Part shown: positions 45,849 to 60,342 of the stretch, piece by piece
Numbering within the stretch: position 1 is the stretch's first letter
Layout of the letters: each line of letters begins with the position of its first letter
Assembly: GCF_037042905.1 (NCBI RefSeq)
Contig: NC_087246.1
Coordinates: forward strand, 7,378,001-7,442,000
Direction of reading: 5' to 3'
Source of the DNA: Lytechinus pictus
Taxonomy: Eukaryota
DNA length: 64,000 bases
Program-made: the position numbers and the translations under genes
Notes under the pieces: model-generated
The model's input: the letters and a program-made list of their open reading frames with translations, nothing else
Databases searched by the model: none
Told to the model about the DNA's origin: nothing

Positions 45849-47440
45849 TATATATATATATGCATATAGTAAAAAAAAAAATTGTATCTCTATTAATATA
45901 CAAAAGTATTGGCCTCATCGCAATAAAAGGGTTAATACACGAGATTTTGAAATCGCACATAACATGCATAATTTGTGTTACTTTTTGCTTGTTTCTTTCT
46001 TTGATAAGTTTTTCAATCTCTCTCTATATATGTTTTTAGAAAGATTATATGTTTAAATTGATGTATATTTTCTGTTATAATGAGATATGAAGTGGACTTC
46101 AGGGAATGGTCGTACGCAGCAAGGGGAAAGGGGGGGGGGGGGGGCACATTCGCGATCTGCTGTTGTGAAAAACAATTTTTTTTCCTTAACATTTCATGAA
46201 AACTGAAAAATGTGCAAATGTGAGATGTGCACCAAATTCTCGAGTCTTGCCCCCCCCCCCGGAAATATTATCTGCGTGTGGTCATGCAAAATGGCATGAC
46301 TGGAAATCCTACATTTTGAAAAGAGCATTTGACAGGGTCAGACTTTACCCCTTTTTCAACATTTTCTTTTATGGCGCCGGTGAAGTGCAAAAATATGTGC
46401 GCCGCTCAGTAGTGCGCCCCCCCCCCTTTCGCCAAAAGCTGGATCCGCCTATGTTAATCTAAACAAAAAATCAGTTCTCAGGTCGTATTCGTAAGTATTG
46501 TTCATTGGGACACTCATTATAGTGTGTTCTTAATTTCAAAATATGCTAAAAAGTCCAATTTTCAGATCGGTAATTGAAAAAGATTCAGCTCGCTCCTCGT
46601 GCTCGCATATTTTATTAGAAAGATTTTTATGATTACAAAATGTTCATAGAATGCCCTGGTTTTATAATAAAAAATCAGCTGCCGCTTTGCGCTCGCAAAT
46701 CAAAATTTTCAGCTAGGGTTTCGCGCTCTCAATTTTAGTAAGTGAGATATCATGTTCAAGGTTACAAAAAGTGCTTAGAATTGACATGATAATAATATTT
46801 AAAAATTGTATCTTATCTTTATCATCATTCTTTTCCCTTTCTTTCCTTTGTCCTTCTTTGTTGGTCGTGAAAGTTTCTTTTGAGTGCATGACCCCGAGCC
46901 CCCACATAAAATCATGCACGCCAGCGGGGGGGGGGGGTGTCCTCAGAACTGAAGTATGTTAGCTTTATTTCTACAACAAGACTCCTTTTATGATAATAAT
47001 AAGAAGCATAGGGCCTAAGAAATTCAGGGAAAAAAACGATGGTCATCATGCACGACAATCAATATCATTGGTTCTTGATCATCTTGTACTCCATCCTTAG
47101 ACAGACAAAACGGGTTGGCGTTCATTATTCCGATGGTTCGTTCGTCCGAAAACGAAATAGTCTGTGGTGAAACCGGGAAAACCGGAAGGGCAAGCGTGGT
47201 GGAGGGTGGGGGTAGAAACACCATTGCTGTTCAATATTTATGGGGATGGGAAGGCAGGGGTGGTGGAACATATTTTCGTTTGGGGGGCAAAGCAAAAAAA
47301 TACATATAAGTATCATGTCAAAATGTTGATGTAAACGGATATTTTCACCATGAGATTATGATTTGCGTGAAGTCGTTGTGTGTTTTGTAGTAATTAAGTT
47401 GAGCAAAGCCTTTTTGAAGTGATTTCTGATTATGAAGATA

Positions 47441-48223
47441 TAAACCCCTCAAAAAAAGTTTAGAAATCTGACTTTGATCGATATAATCCCTCCTCGGTTT
47501 AAGTGAATATTAATATGTGATTGATACCAATGAATAGATCATTTAATTCTCTTTGAAAATTAATGATACCCTACATGATACGATTACGGTTCACATAGAG
47601 GTGTAGTGAATTGAAATGTGGGGCAAGGTCAAAAATCAAAAGTTGCAAAATGACACAATATCATGAATATTGAAAGTCAGTGTTCTTTTATTTCTTTGTG
47701 ATGATTGAGTTTCTCAGCGGTTTCTTTTGTTTCCATACACCTTAACATCATTATTAACATGGAGATCTGTGAGATAACATGGTTTGAATCGTGGTTTGAA
47801 ATACCCATGCATGTTTGTTTGTTTGTTGTTTGCTTGTGCAGAGGTGTGTTTGATTCCATGTTAATATTGGTGTTAAGGTGCATGAAAAAGGAACCGCTGA
47901 GAAACTCACCCATCACCACGGAAAAAAGAACAGAGACTTTCAATATTGTCATTTTGCAACTTTTGAATTTTGACCTTGCCGGCGAAGCGCGAGCTTAAAA
48001 TTTTGATATTTCGATCTGAAAAAAAATGACAGTTTAATGGACGTTTGTAAAAAAGAACAAGGCACTGTACCTCCATGTGAACCATAATCATATCATGTAG
48101 GGTACAATTTTAAAGAAAAATAAATGATAATTTGAATAATATGAAATATGCATTGTGTAAAATTTGGAGTTGGGAGAAATTAATGGCCAAACTCAGATTT
48201 CCAAACTTTTTTTGAGGAGTTTA
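47441..48223. mobile_element. TA-flanked Tc1/mariner-like foldback element; a related partial copy begins at about 34365
   Basis: TA|TAAACCCCTCAAAAAAAGTTTAGAAATCTG...CAGATTTCCAAACTTTTTTTGAGGAGTTTA|TA. Confidence 0.7.
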
Positions 48224-51200
48224 TATAAATTATTGAGGCTTTATTTTTTTCCGCCAGAGAGCGTAGCGAGAGATAGTTTAAAAAAATTAAAATCTGAATT
48301 AAGTGTAAAACTCGCTTTTTTGGTTAAGTATGGCGCTAATTACTATTAAAAGGGCATCCTTGCGAGATGTTGTGAGCGCGAATCGCAAGTTCAAACTTTT
48401 AGACATTTCAATAAAAAATGAAAATTGAAAAGTCCGAGCAGTTTTTGTAATCTTATATATGTGAAACTGACGCGAGCGCGAAGCGCGAGCTGAAATATTT
48501 TAAATACAGACAAGAAAAGGGAACCAAAGGAATGCATTTAGTGACTCATGAATAGGATACATATTTTGTCAATCGAATAATTCGAGTGCGAAGTGCGTGC
48601 TGAAACTTTGTGATATTCCAACCTGAAAACTAGACATTCTAAACATTTTCATAACCAAAAACAAGGTAAGTACCTTACTAAACAATAACTGATACGAGAA
48701 CGAAGCGTATACGTAAGCTAAACTTTTTTATGGTTTTCTTACCTGAAATGTATTAGGGCCTGTACTTCAATAAGGGTATTTCATTTCGAAAAAGGGCACA
48801 TTTCATTTTGAAAAAGGACATTTTTTTTCCAACGTGGAGTTTTTTTGGGAGGGGCAAGTGCCCCCTGCCCGGATCCACCGCCCCTGTGGGAACGGGCTGA
48901 TCTATCGTTACCAGGGGCGTTTACGCATATACGCAGGATTCTCTCAGAGGGGTGGTCATAGGCTTATGAGGCTAGTTCATATAGCTGTTTATCCCTTATT
49001 GCCAGACCTGTAAATTTTGCTAGGGAATATCGATGCATACGGTCCATGTTCAAAATTTCTACTAAAAGATCAATGCTTGATTGATTTTTACCACTAACAA
49101 ACCTTTAAAAAAAAAATGCTCTGCGGGAGGGAGGGGGGTTGTTTTGACCAGAATAGGAGCGATAAAGACCTCAATTGAAATAGGGACATCAATCCCCCGT
49201 TTTTGGCTGGGTGGCCATGGTGGCGGGGCATGACAGCCACCGCTTTGCTCAACTGAATTGCTACAAAACACACAAAGGCTTAACGCAGATGATCATCTCA
49301 TAGTGAAAATATCCGTTTGCACCAAAATGCCCATTTTGACATAGGCCCTATAAGTGCCATGTGTTGCTTTGCCCCCCCCCCCCTCCAAACGAAAGTACGT
49401 TCTGTCGCCCCTGCATTCCCATCCTTATAACAATTGAACAGCAAAGGTGTTTCTATCCCCCCTCCACCACGCTTGCCCTTCCGGTTTTCCCCGGCTTCGC
49501 TACAGATTATTTCTTTTTTTTTCATTAACGAACCTTCGTAATCACAAACCTTTTCATTTTCGGATTAACGAACCTTATTTCGTTTTCGGACTAACGAACC
49601 TTCGGAATAACGAACCTTATTTCGTTTTCAGGCTCACGAATCCTATATCAATTGCGGACTAACGAACCTTCAAAATATAACGAACCCTATATTTTGTTCT
49701 CGGATTTACGAACATTTTGAACGCCACAAATGTTCGGATTAACGAGCCCCTTTTCGTTTTCCGATTAACGAACATCGAGCCCGACATCGAGGTTTCGGCA
49801 ATTTACGTGTTTCGGATTTATGAACCTTTGGAATAATGAACTTTCGGAATTACGGACTGTAACCGACAACCGAACAGTTTTGAAAGTGGGGGGGGGGGGG
49901 GGGGGGGGGCTGACCATGCATTTTTTCAGGAGTTTCTGCATTTTATTCATAAATCAATAAATTAACATGTTCGCATAATACCAAACATATAAATGAATAC
50001 AATTTAAATGTGACAATTGAAGAGATACATTGTAAATAATACAGAAAAGACTAATGCTTAAATCCTACATAAGCATGTGATAAAGTGAGTTCGGTAAAAT
50101 ACAGAGGCCAACTAGTACAGAGGTGCTTGAAGCAATAACAGCCAGGAGAGGGGGCTACATGAAAACCATCATGAATCATATTTTGACAAAATGATGTCAC
50201 GAAAAATAAAATATTGAAAAAAAATCTCGGTTGGGAAAAATCATTTACGGTTAAAAAAAAAGTGCAAGTGTGTGCATGTGGGTGAGTGCAGGTGAACAAA
50301 ATTAAGTATACTCAGAAATAAGAAACTTTTTCAACGAAGCTTTAAAAAAAATCACAATCAGATGGTAATTTTTATGTCTTTAAACTTGGTTTTTGAAAAC
50401 AAAAGTAGGGGTGGGCTTCAGCCCACCCAACTCCAGGGCCCTTGGACTATTACTGTGGATGCTGTGGCAAATTTGGCAAGCAAAAAATAATATAAATAAT
50501 TTTAACCACAAGAAAAAAGGGTTTCGTTTTCACAAAATGAAGGTTATTTTGGTCCGGAGAAATTTGACAGGCAAAAAAAAAGGTTTCACTAAAAAAAATG
50601 TAGGTCATCTTCGTTACATTTCTCCATTTTTTAACACCTACCATTATTTCAGGGGGTGCTGCCTATGGAGAATAATACACACAGCACCCCTTAGGTACGT
50701 AAGCCCCCAGCATCTCCGCTTCCTGGGGCCATGCTCATGCAACCCCGCGGCCCATGTGATATTATTATACTCAGGGCGATTCCATGCTAGAAAAATCAGC
50801 CATTTTCACAACATTTTCCAACCTGCTGTCCAAACGAACGAAGAACTTCAATTTGATTTTTGATAATATTAAAGTGCACAGAAACGGAGGGGGGGGGGGC
50901 GGGGTCCAACATGCCCCGAAAAAAACCCCGACAACCAACAAAAATATGTTGTCCATATAGGTGAATTAGAGCCTAAAACATTGCGGCACGTGTCGTACGG
51001 GACATTTCTGCGTCCCATACGACACACAACATTTTCACCTATAACTCACCCATAATCACTTTTTTGTGTTGGTTATTAGTTTGTCACATGACTACCCACT
51101 ATAGCTTTATCATTGACAAAATAGAATATTTTATTGCTCAAGCATTCGGCTAGAAAACCAGAAATTGTTGTCAAAATGTCCCGTGCGACACGTCGCCCAA

Positions 51201-52144
51201 TATATACTATGTTCAGTATACATGTAGATATCTTTTGCTTTTAACGCATGCTTACCATTTTCTATACAGATGTAAATAATAATAATTATGTACCTGTATA
51301 AACCACAACTTAACAATTACGTTTTTTCTTTAACCTTTTATTTGTCTTTATGTCAGATATTTATATTGTACAGATGTGAGCGGATAGAGTCAATAAAATC
51401 TTTATCTTTTTCCTTAAATCTTATCACCATGATCGTACTTGTCATACAGTATGATTCATGATAAATATTACGATGTTCGACCAAAAATTATTGGGGGATG
51501 ATAACACAGGTCACCCCTCACCTGAAATAGTTGGGGGATACGATATCCCCCATCCCCCGACACCCAGATTATGAAAGGTAAACAATTTTCATTGTAATAT
51601 TTTGAGGATGAAATGCTAAACAGAAGTTGCATCACTAGCCACTATGTGAAACGCTAATCAGGTTTAATTCCGTTAACTATGAATTTTTTAAAATCTTATT
51701 CGGAAGTACCAAACCAGCGTTGGTCTTGGTCGTCGCATGGATAACCGCATGTAGTTCCATATGCCCACCCTTGCATGCCCACACTATATTATGAAGTTGT
51801 CTTTATTTTTGTGGTTGTCTGTGTATTTCCAACACTTTCTCTATTTCTGTGTGGACCGATATTTCTGCAATTGTCTTCATTTCATGTGTTTGTCCATATC
51901 TATGTAGCTAGATTTAGTTTTGCCTACTCTTTGTATTTATTTCTGTGTTTGGTTATTTTTGACATATTTATATTATTTCTCAAACTTTTAATTTTGGCCC
52001 TTTTAGCCGTCCATACGCGCCATGCATGCAGTGCTACCGTACCGTACACCGTACTTTTTGCTTTGGTGAATCGTGATACCGTATCGCCGCGCCGCGCCCA
52101 GCAACAGCTCGACCCGTGTGGAAAGTAATGTGAAAGAATGCAGA

Positions 52145-52332
52145 ATGTTGGTTTTATCTGACATCAGCATTTCAACTTCGTGCCTTTCCCTTGCAGGATT
52201 TTTCTGCCTTAATAAGGCCGTCAACTATTTACCTTCACCTGAAAAGTATGCCGACAAGAGCCGTCATAAATGGCGAAATGCACTGTGCTCTTTTATCCAC
52301 GCGCTGATCGTGGGGATCTTCGGCACTTACTG
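52145..52332 (+). CDS. TLC-domain membrane protein (TLCD1/TLCD2-like), first coding exon. Downstream exons were not found in the window.
   Basis: MLVLSDISISTSCLSLAGFFCLNKAVNYLPSPEKYADKSRHKWRNALCSFIHALIVGIFGTY resembles the TLCD1/2 N-terminus (LP.P......W.W.N...S..H). It ends at TG|GTAAGT in phase 2 and has a CpG-rich upstream region. Confidence 0.8.
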
Positions 52333-52545
52333 GTAAGTTCATACCGTACCGATACGGCCGAAACTTCGGCAGCCGGCAGGGTAAAGCCAGATAACATTCG
52401 GTTTCAGCTGAGCGAGATTGTGGGAGAGATATATCTTAAACATTTTCTTAAAATTTTGGCGAAAATAACATGTAGGCCTATTGTGATTTAAGTGCTGCAA
52501 TGGTTGTATTTAAAAAATCTTTTTATGGAGATTTCAAGCTTTGGT

Positions 52546-52706
52546 TAGACAGCTGGCACTTAAGTTAAACTAAGTCTAAGTCAAGTGGCAGCCGTCTGTT
52601 TCGAGGAGTTTTTTAACATTTTTTATTTTTCAAATTTCTCCTCGAGATGAAGCCAACGGAGTTCAGCTGAACAACCAACATAACAGAGACTTAAGCTTTT
52701 GGTCTG
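52546..52706. mobile_element. TAGAC-ended MULE-like element with an alternative left end
   Basis: 9-bp TSD AGCTTTGGT at 52537-52545 and 52707-52715. The right end is shared with 5788 and 31513; the left end is shared with the sequence at 4143. Confidence 0.7.
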
Positions 52707-55700
52707 AGCTTTGGTATGCTTTAATTTTCACACAATTTTTTATTGCTAAAAAAAAAAAAGTACAATTTTATTAACCTAGTTATCTAGCCCTGGCCTAGGC
52801 TTAAGTTACCTAGGCTAGGGTCGAGTATTACGTCAGGCCCCTAGCCCTAGGCCTAGACTAGGCGGGCCTAGATCTAACTTAGGCCTAAGCCTAAGGCTAA
52901 GTTTGAGGTTAAAAAAAAGGGGGAGGGGCATTTCTGTGCACCTAAAAAAATTACTTAAGAAAAAAAGTTTGAATATCTTTAATAAATTCCAGGAGTAGGC
53001 CTATGGTATTACTCATCCATATTCCATTGTCATCAATATCGAGTCAGAGAAAATGATTATTGCATTGAAAACTATTCTACCAATGTGGTAAAAGCTAGTG
53101 TCAGATGTTTCAATCTCAAAAAAAGATTATCTTTTGGTCAGTAACACTTGGCATAAAACTGCCAAGTTGTACAGTATCGCTCGAAATAAAGTTGACAGAT
53201 AACGCACGTGAAACGCGCTAACCGATGTGGGTCTGACTATCGCAATATTCACGCGCGTGAACGTCAGGCCAGTCTGTGGCAGATATCGCCGTGTTCTTGC
53301 CGGTGATTCGGCGCACGGCCACGGCCGCGAACTACTGTCTCGAGCTGCGATAATTATCGCGATAGGACTCCAATCAGCGAACCTTTTCTATATCATTCGC
53401 AAAGATTATGGGCATAGATTATTTCTTCGAATTACATTTTCGATAACTGATTGGCTTGGAAAACAACTCACATGTAGCGATCAGTGGAATCGCTCTGCTT
53501 TAGAATAAGAATCTAGAATCTACTCGGCCGCGCATCACATGCCTGGCCAGGCCATCGCCAGCAAACAATTTTGGTTCCTGGCCTAGCCTCAGTTCTCCGC
53601 CGTACGCGCGCGCGTGCGAAATGAAATGGGTTGATAGACGCTGACTACGAGTTTGTATGCCAGCGCAGCTGTCCCAAGCAAAGTACTTAAATTGTTAACG
53701 TTGAAATAAATTACTCACAATCGTCCCTCAGACCATGGACCTATTACATGCTCAGACCCAACCAATAATTATCCATTTTGTTTCTTCCTTCTCCAGCTCT
53801 AGCTAGGGTCCGAGTATCTGCCTGATGTTGACTCTTTGCTGGCTGAGCCAAATCTCAAGGCCCGTATTTAGAGTCACATAGCTTTTTGCATCATTATTAT
53901 TACTACTACTACTATTATTTCTATTATCATTATCATAATCATCGATGTTATCATTAATTCTACCACTATACCGGGGCTTTTTTTCTAATGAGACCCGAGC
54001 CCTATAATGGATTGATTTAACTTGCGTGCAATTACACGAATGTAAGCTAAGAATTACCAAAATATGGACCTCTTAAGTGTTAAAAAATAGATTTAGTGAT
54101 TTTGTTTCAAGCATGATAATTGTTTTGAGGGAATATCACATAATTTACCTCCCTATAATTCTCTCTTTTCTTCCTATTTCTCCACCTACTATGATCCCCG
54201 TTATGATAATTTTGTGTTCATTCATTAATAGAGAGTATACTGAAAGAAAGAATAGAAAAACACAATTACAATTATTATTATTTGCAGCTCATCAGTACGA
54301 TGCAGCATTAACTTAAGCTTACGTTTGAAACAATAATTGAGTGAATAATTCGTCGAATTAGGCAGTCTTTAAATCAGTTTTCTGAGTAACTTACGTGATG
54401 ACAGTGATGGTTATTATGATCGTGATGACAGTGATGGGTATTATGATCGTGATGATGATATCGAAAAGAAAGGTAATGACGGTGATCATGATGGTGATGA
54501 TTGTGATTGTAATCCTAACGATGATGGCAATGACAAGAATGGTGATGATAATTATAATGTTGAGATTATGATGATGGTAATAATGATCTTAATAATTGAT
54601 CATTAGAATTATGAAATAATCCCGAGAATAGCAATAATAGTGATGATCATGGGCGGCGGATCAGAAGATAATATTTTGCGATAGGGGACAAATATTGATG
54701 CACCCTATGAACATAGGATATATCCCCTGCTTCGGCCCCCTCGGTGATGATTAATTAATGTTTTATGATGTTGACGGTGATAATGATAGTGATGAAGGTG
54801 CCGAGAATAATTATGATAATAATCCTAAAAGTTTGATGATTACAATAATTATATGTCAATGATGATTATGGCGATGGTGATGACATGGCAGTGGGGAGGG
54901 GGCATGTATGCATTTTTTTTTTTTTGAGATTCCATTTGAAAATTAAAGGTAAGTCCTATACTGAACAGTTTCACCGCGTGTTTCTCACCAAGGCGAACTT
55001 CTATACTTCAAGCTATCGGTAATTACAGAGCTGCAACTCTCCAGTTGGTTCGGGATTCCACCCATGAACCTCAAACAGTGAACGAATGAACAATAACCAG
55101 GTAACATAATGGCATACGATGTCAATGGACAAAATTTTCTCCTTATGTCTATTTATCGTAAGGTTTCCATTACAGTGAGGCAAACATTATTTTGATTACA
55201 TGGTGACTTCTTAAAAGTTGCCTAAGACTAAGTGTGGGATTTTTAAGGGGAAGGAAACACGCTGCATGGATTTTCTCCAAGAAACGTGATTTTTGAAACT
55301 TGTAAGAATGATGGTTTTTGGTAGGACTACATTTTTCAAAATTTTAAAGAAAAATTGAATTTTAGGCTTGAAAGAAGGTTAAAAAGAAGAGGATTTGTTT
55401 TCACAATTAGGTAATTGGCTGATCTACTTTTCCACTCCTGTCCTTCCGAGCTAGCATGTACACCCTTTACATGATGTCCTGATCCTTACTCTTAACCTAA
55501 CAATAGATATCGATTGACCTATATATCTTTATAAACCACATCCGGTATAACGTATGCATCCACACATTTGCTAAGAATTTGATGTCCGACTTTGTACTCG
55601 ACCCCCCCCCCCATAAACAGAAAATTCCGCGATTTACCCCCAAGTTTAATCCTGGCCAGGCATTACTTTTTAGTACCAGAAAGTACTAATTAGTTCAAAT

Positions 55701-58204
55701 GCCCGTAAAAGAATAACAATAAAATAAGCAGAGAACGAAATAAACGAAAATCCCTACTCCACAACCTGAGCCTATATAGAAATAGAAAGGCTCTGCCAAA
55801 GATCAGGCAAAAACAGAACTTGTTCTTGTACTTTGTAGTTGTACAAGTGACTAGACCCTTTCACTCCAGTCGAGACGACGGTGGATCTACCGGTACCGGT
55901 AGGCGGTACATTACAGTCAACGGGCTCAACGCGTGTGCAGCCGTCCGGACTTGGAAGTTGTGTTAAACAATTCCACGGCACGCACAAAATTTACAATTTG
56001 AAGCCAGCCCTAGGAGAAATATACCAAAATCGCAAACAAATACATATTTCTAATACCGGTATAAATAAAACTTCAATGCATGACCGATTGCGGCCCTTTA
56101 TGTGATAGTCGCTTCCCTGTCTCCAAGACCAAGACAGTAGTTGGATCTAATTTTAATAGATAGACGTAGACGTCAGTACACGAGTCTTAATATGGTATCT
56201 GCAAAATGCAAATAAAAAATCAATGCAGTCGAGCCATAATTTGAAAATTACGAGGAAATTAATTACGAGCAATTAAGTCAAATATATTAGCGTTCAGAAA
56301 ATTTTGAATACCTTCAGAGCCCGGGGGGGGGGGGGGTGTTCTCACGAAATAAGGCATACGGGGATGTGCCGCTGGAATGGGTCGCTTTTTTTTGTTGAAG
56401 AAATCCCTAAACGTGGGGTTTGGTTTTATGCTGGAAATTCCCTAAACATGGCCCTAATTTTTAGATACTGGCCTTAAACATGGGTCCATATTCTCCATTT
56501 TTTTTTTTTTTGGGGGGGGGAGGGGTTCAAATTTTAATAAATCCCTAATAATGGGTACCTTTTAGCCGAAATGACCCTGAGTGGGTATTGGTTTTGAACC
56601 TTCAGCCGCACACCCCCGTCCCCCGATGTAGAGGCAGAGGAAACGTTGAAACGAATAGAAAGGAAGAGAGTAGTTGGAGCCGAGGTTGGGCACAACGAAT
56701 GGTGAAAATAAAATACAATAGAATATAATAAAAGCCATTTTGTCAGGATTAAAACATGTTCTACGCAACCTTATAATAATAATAAATGTGGACAGTGCAT
56801 GGGGCCTCAGATCAGCTTGCATAATAGGTTATACCCCCTGGTTATTTTTCCCGTATTTTATATCCCGCCCGGGGAAGGGGGTCTGATCAGGCCAATATAA
56901 ATTGTTATTACCCAACTGTTGGACCAGCTAGATTTGCACCACGGGGGGGGGGGGGGGGGGGGGGGGGCTTTAATTAACCAATTTGTCTATACTATATTTT
57001 TTTATTATTTATGTTTTATTAATAAATCATCACATACCAATCCTTTACATCAAAGTGTTCACAATAAATTTAATGATAAATCATAATTACGAAAGATTGA
57101 AGTGATCAGGAAAATAAAGAGGGGAAAAAAGAGATAGAAGGCAGAGTACATACATATCATTTCATTTAAACAAAATTATACTATTACTGTAGTCACTTGC
57201 ATCGCATGTAGGCCTTTTTTTTTATTATAACGTGATTTTTTATATAAAATTTTGAATAAATAAACTTGAACTTGCTTTTGATACAGTGACCTAAATGTTT
57301 TTATAATTGGTTATTTGGCCAACCTCTCCTTCCGCCCCCCCCCCCCGTTCTGTTTATGTTTCTTTCATTTTTTTTGTTTAATATTCTTTAACAGATCCTT
57401 ACCTTCCTCTTGCTCTTTCTCCCCTCCATCTCCGACTTCTTCTCTGAGTAATCACTTTCTTCATTTCCGCTGACAATGGGGAAGGGGTGCAGCTCCTTTG
57501 TCTCCTTACAAGAGGAGTTGCACCCTGATAGGGCAAAATGTTTTCCTTTTAAGGGAGACCACCCTGATGTGCAAGTTTAATGAAGTGCATACTTTCAAAG
57601 TAATGACATTTCAGAAACTTTTTAAATTTTGCTGAGATTTGATATAAACGAGACGACACTCAAAACTTCTTTTTCTAAAATCTTGTACCATTATTTGAGA
57701 ACTCAGATGGCGTATTATCAATAAATCATGTCATCGACCTTGGCACTCTTCATCAATACAGCAAATCAGATGATCGATTGATACACGCTTGTAAAAAGTA
57801 AAACACATACATTAATTATTTAATTGATTTATCCTTTTTTTCTCATAACTGTCTTGAAGATAAAATAGGCGTAATGTTTTTTTATCATGAAGACCATTCA
57901 GGGTTAATTCACATTCAAACCGCTACGTTTGAGATCTGAGTATATAACTTCAATTGAAACGGATTCTTCCTATTGTTGGCTGCTTTGTGATTTTCACACC
58001 TTCGTCCATTGTTCTCAAAACGTGCTAGACGGCGTAATTGACGAATATTGATCACAGTCAGGTTCAACAGGTCGTAGTAGCTATATAGGGTCATTAACTT
58101 CAACCATACACCAACGCTTCTATAACACAGTACGTGCAGGCACATTATGGCCCACTCTAGACCGTTGCATGAAATCCCCCGAAATCACTCATTATGCAGT
58201 GACT

Positions 58205-59525
58205 ATATTTCTTAGTTCTAAAGGATCAAGGTATATGAAATATATTTTAATTCCTTTATTAGCACCTCAAAACAATTTTGAAACATGTCCTGATCATTCG
58301 TTTATTAATCTGAGATGTTTGTGACTTCTCTTTTGTTTTATTTCCTTTTCGCCGTTGACGGAATATGATTGCTTCTCCTATATTTCTTAGAGAATTTATA
58401 ACGAAAGGTATATACAATATATTTTAACTCTTAAGCACCTCTCGGCTAAAATAAAAGAGAAGTCACAAACATCTCAGATTAAGGAACGAATGATCAGGAC
58501 ATGTTTCAAAATTGATTTGAGGTGCAAGGAGTTAAAATATATTTTATATACCTTTTGTTATATAAACTCTCTAAGAAATATAAAGAAACATTCCGACAAC
58601 GGCAAAAGGAAATAAAATAGAAGTCACAAACATCTCAGATTAAGGAACGAATGATCAGGACATGTTTCAAAATTGATTTGTGGTGCAAGGAGTTAAAATA
58701 TATTTTATATACCTTTCTTTATGAGCCCTCTATTGGGGTGTTGCAAGAAACTTGCGATCAATTGCAAGTCTATTCTTGGTCCCTAAATCAATCATAAGTC
58801 TTGTAATTAATTGCAAATTAGTGATTGATTGTTAATCTGCTCCTTGAAACAAGAAGTTTAATCTGATTTGCTACAGCTAACGTTGTAAAAATCAGTTGTG
58901 AAATTGCAACAGAATATTTGCAATTGAATTGCAAATATTTTCTTGCAACACCCCCTAAGAAATATATATATAAATATGAAACATTATTCCGAAAACGGCA
59001 AAAGGAAATTAAATAGAAGTCACAAACATCTCAGATTAATGAACGAATGATCAGGACATGTTTCAAAATTGTTTTGAGATGCTAAGGAGTTAAAATATAT
59101 TTTATATACCTTTCGATGTGAACTCTCTAAGAAAGATAAATGAAGCACTATTCCGAGAACGGCAAATAAGAAACAAAATAAAAGAGAATTCACAAACATC
59201 TCAGATTAATGAACGAATGACCAGGATATGTTTCAAAATTGTTTTGAGGTGCTAAGGAGTTAAAATGTATTTTATATACCTTTTGTTATAAACTCTCTAA
59301 GAAATATAAAGAAACATTCCGACAACGGCAAAAGGAAATAAAATAGAAGTCACAAACATCTCAGATTAAGGAACGAATGATCAGGACATGTTTCAAAATT
59401 ATTTTGAGATGCTATAAGGAGTTAACATATATTTTATATACCTTTTGTTATGAACTCTCTAAGAAATATAAAAGAAGCATTATTCTGACAATGGCGAAAA
59501 GGAAATGAAATAAAAGAGAAGTCAC
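58205..59525. repeat. About 160-170-bp tandem repeat (5 full direct units plus about 1.4 inverted units), interrupted by a hairpin MITE at about 58735-58955
   Basis: GAAGTCACAAACATCTCAGATTAA.GAACGAATGATCAGGACATGTTTCAAAATT starts at about 58458, 58620, 59016, 59186 and 59346; its reverse complement lies at about 58270-58328. Confidence 0.9.
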
Positions 59526-60342
59526 CATGATGTTCCCCCTCTTGTTGTGTTTAAATATCACGCATTGAGCTAATAATGCCCGAGCACAATTATAAAAAAA
59601 TCCTGTTCGTGTTACCATGATATGACCGGGAATTTTTTTTGCTCTTGCCCCCCCCCCCCGGCCACCGACCCTGGCTGTACGCTGATACGCCCCTGATGGG
59701 TAGATCTAGACTATCAGAAAATAAAACTATTAGAATTTAACCAATTATTTTTTTTTCAATACAAGTGGCCTAACGTTTGAGCGAAATTGACATTTTTCCC
59801 CAAAAAAATAAATCATAGAGGTTTCCGTTCTTCGCGTGCATAGGAAAGGAAAATGCTTTATTTTGTAGCTTACATCTTGCCTTTCACACTTTGAGCTCTT
59901 CTTCGAAATTTCAGAGCATCTATGTCATTTGCGGGTAGTATTTACTTCTCCCTTGCTGCATAGCATACTTGTCTTCTACTCCGGGCTTCTACTCTGTTTT
60001 TAGTGCTGCTGAATATTTTTCTATCAAATCTGATTATACTAAAGTAGGCATTTGTTATCATTTTTCATAATACAATTAAGCATCCGCGCTTAGTACTACA
60101 CCATCAAAGGGATCTTGAAGACTTGACAGAAACAGGGGCGGGATCCAGCTTCCGCAAGTAAGGGGGGGGGGGGGTTTAACCAGTTCCCTGAACTGCAGGT
60201 AAAAGCTGATTTTTGGTGGTTTCTTTAAACAGTTGAAGATGTAGCCGTGATAGTTACTTTAATTGCTTTACTCTTACATGTAACAAGTTCATGGTTGATA
60301 CTCACAACACAGGGGTACAACACCCGCGTATTATCTTGTATC

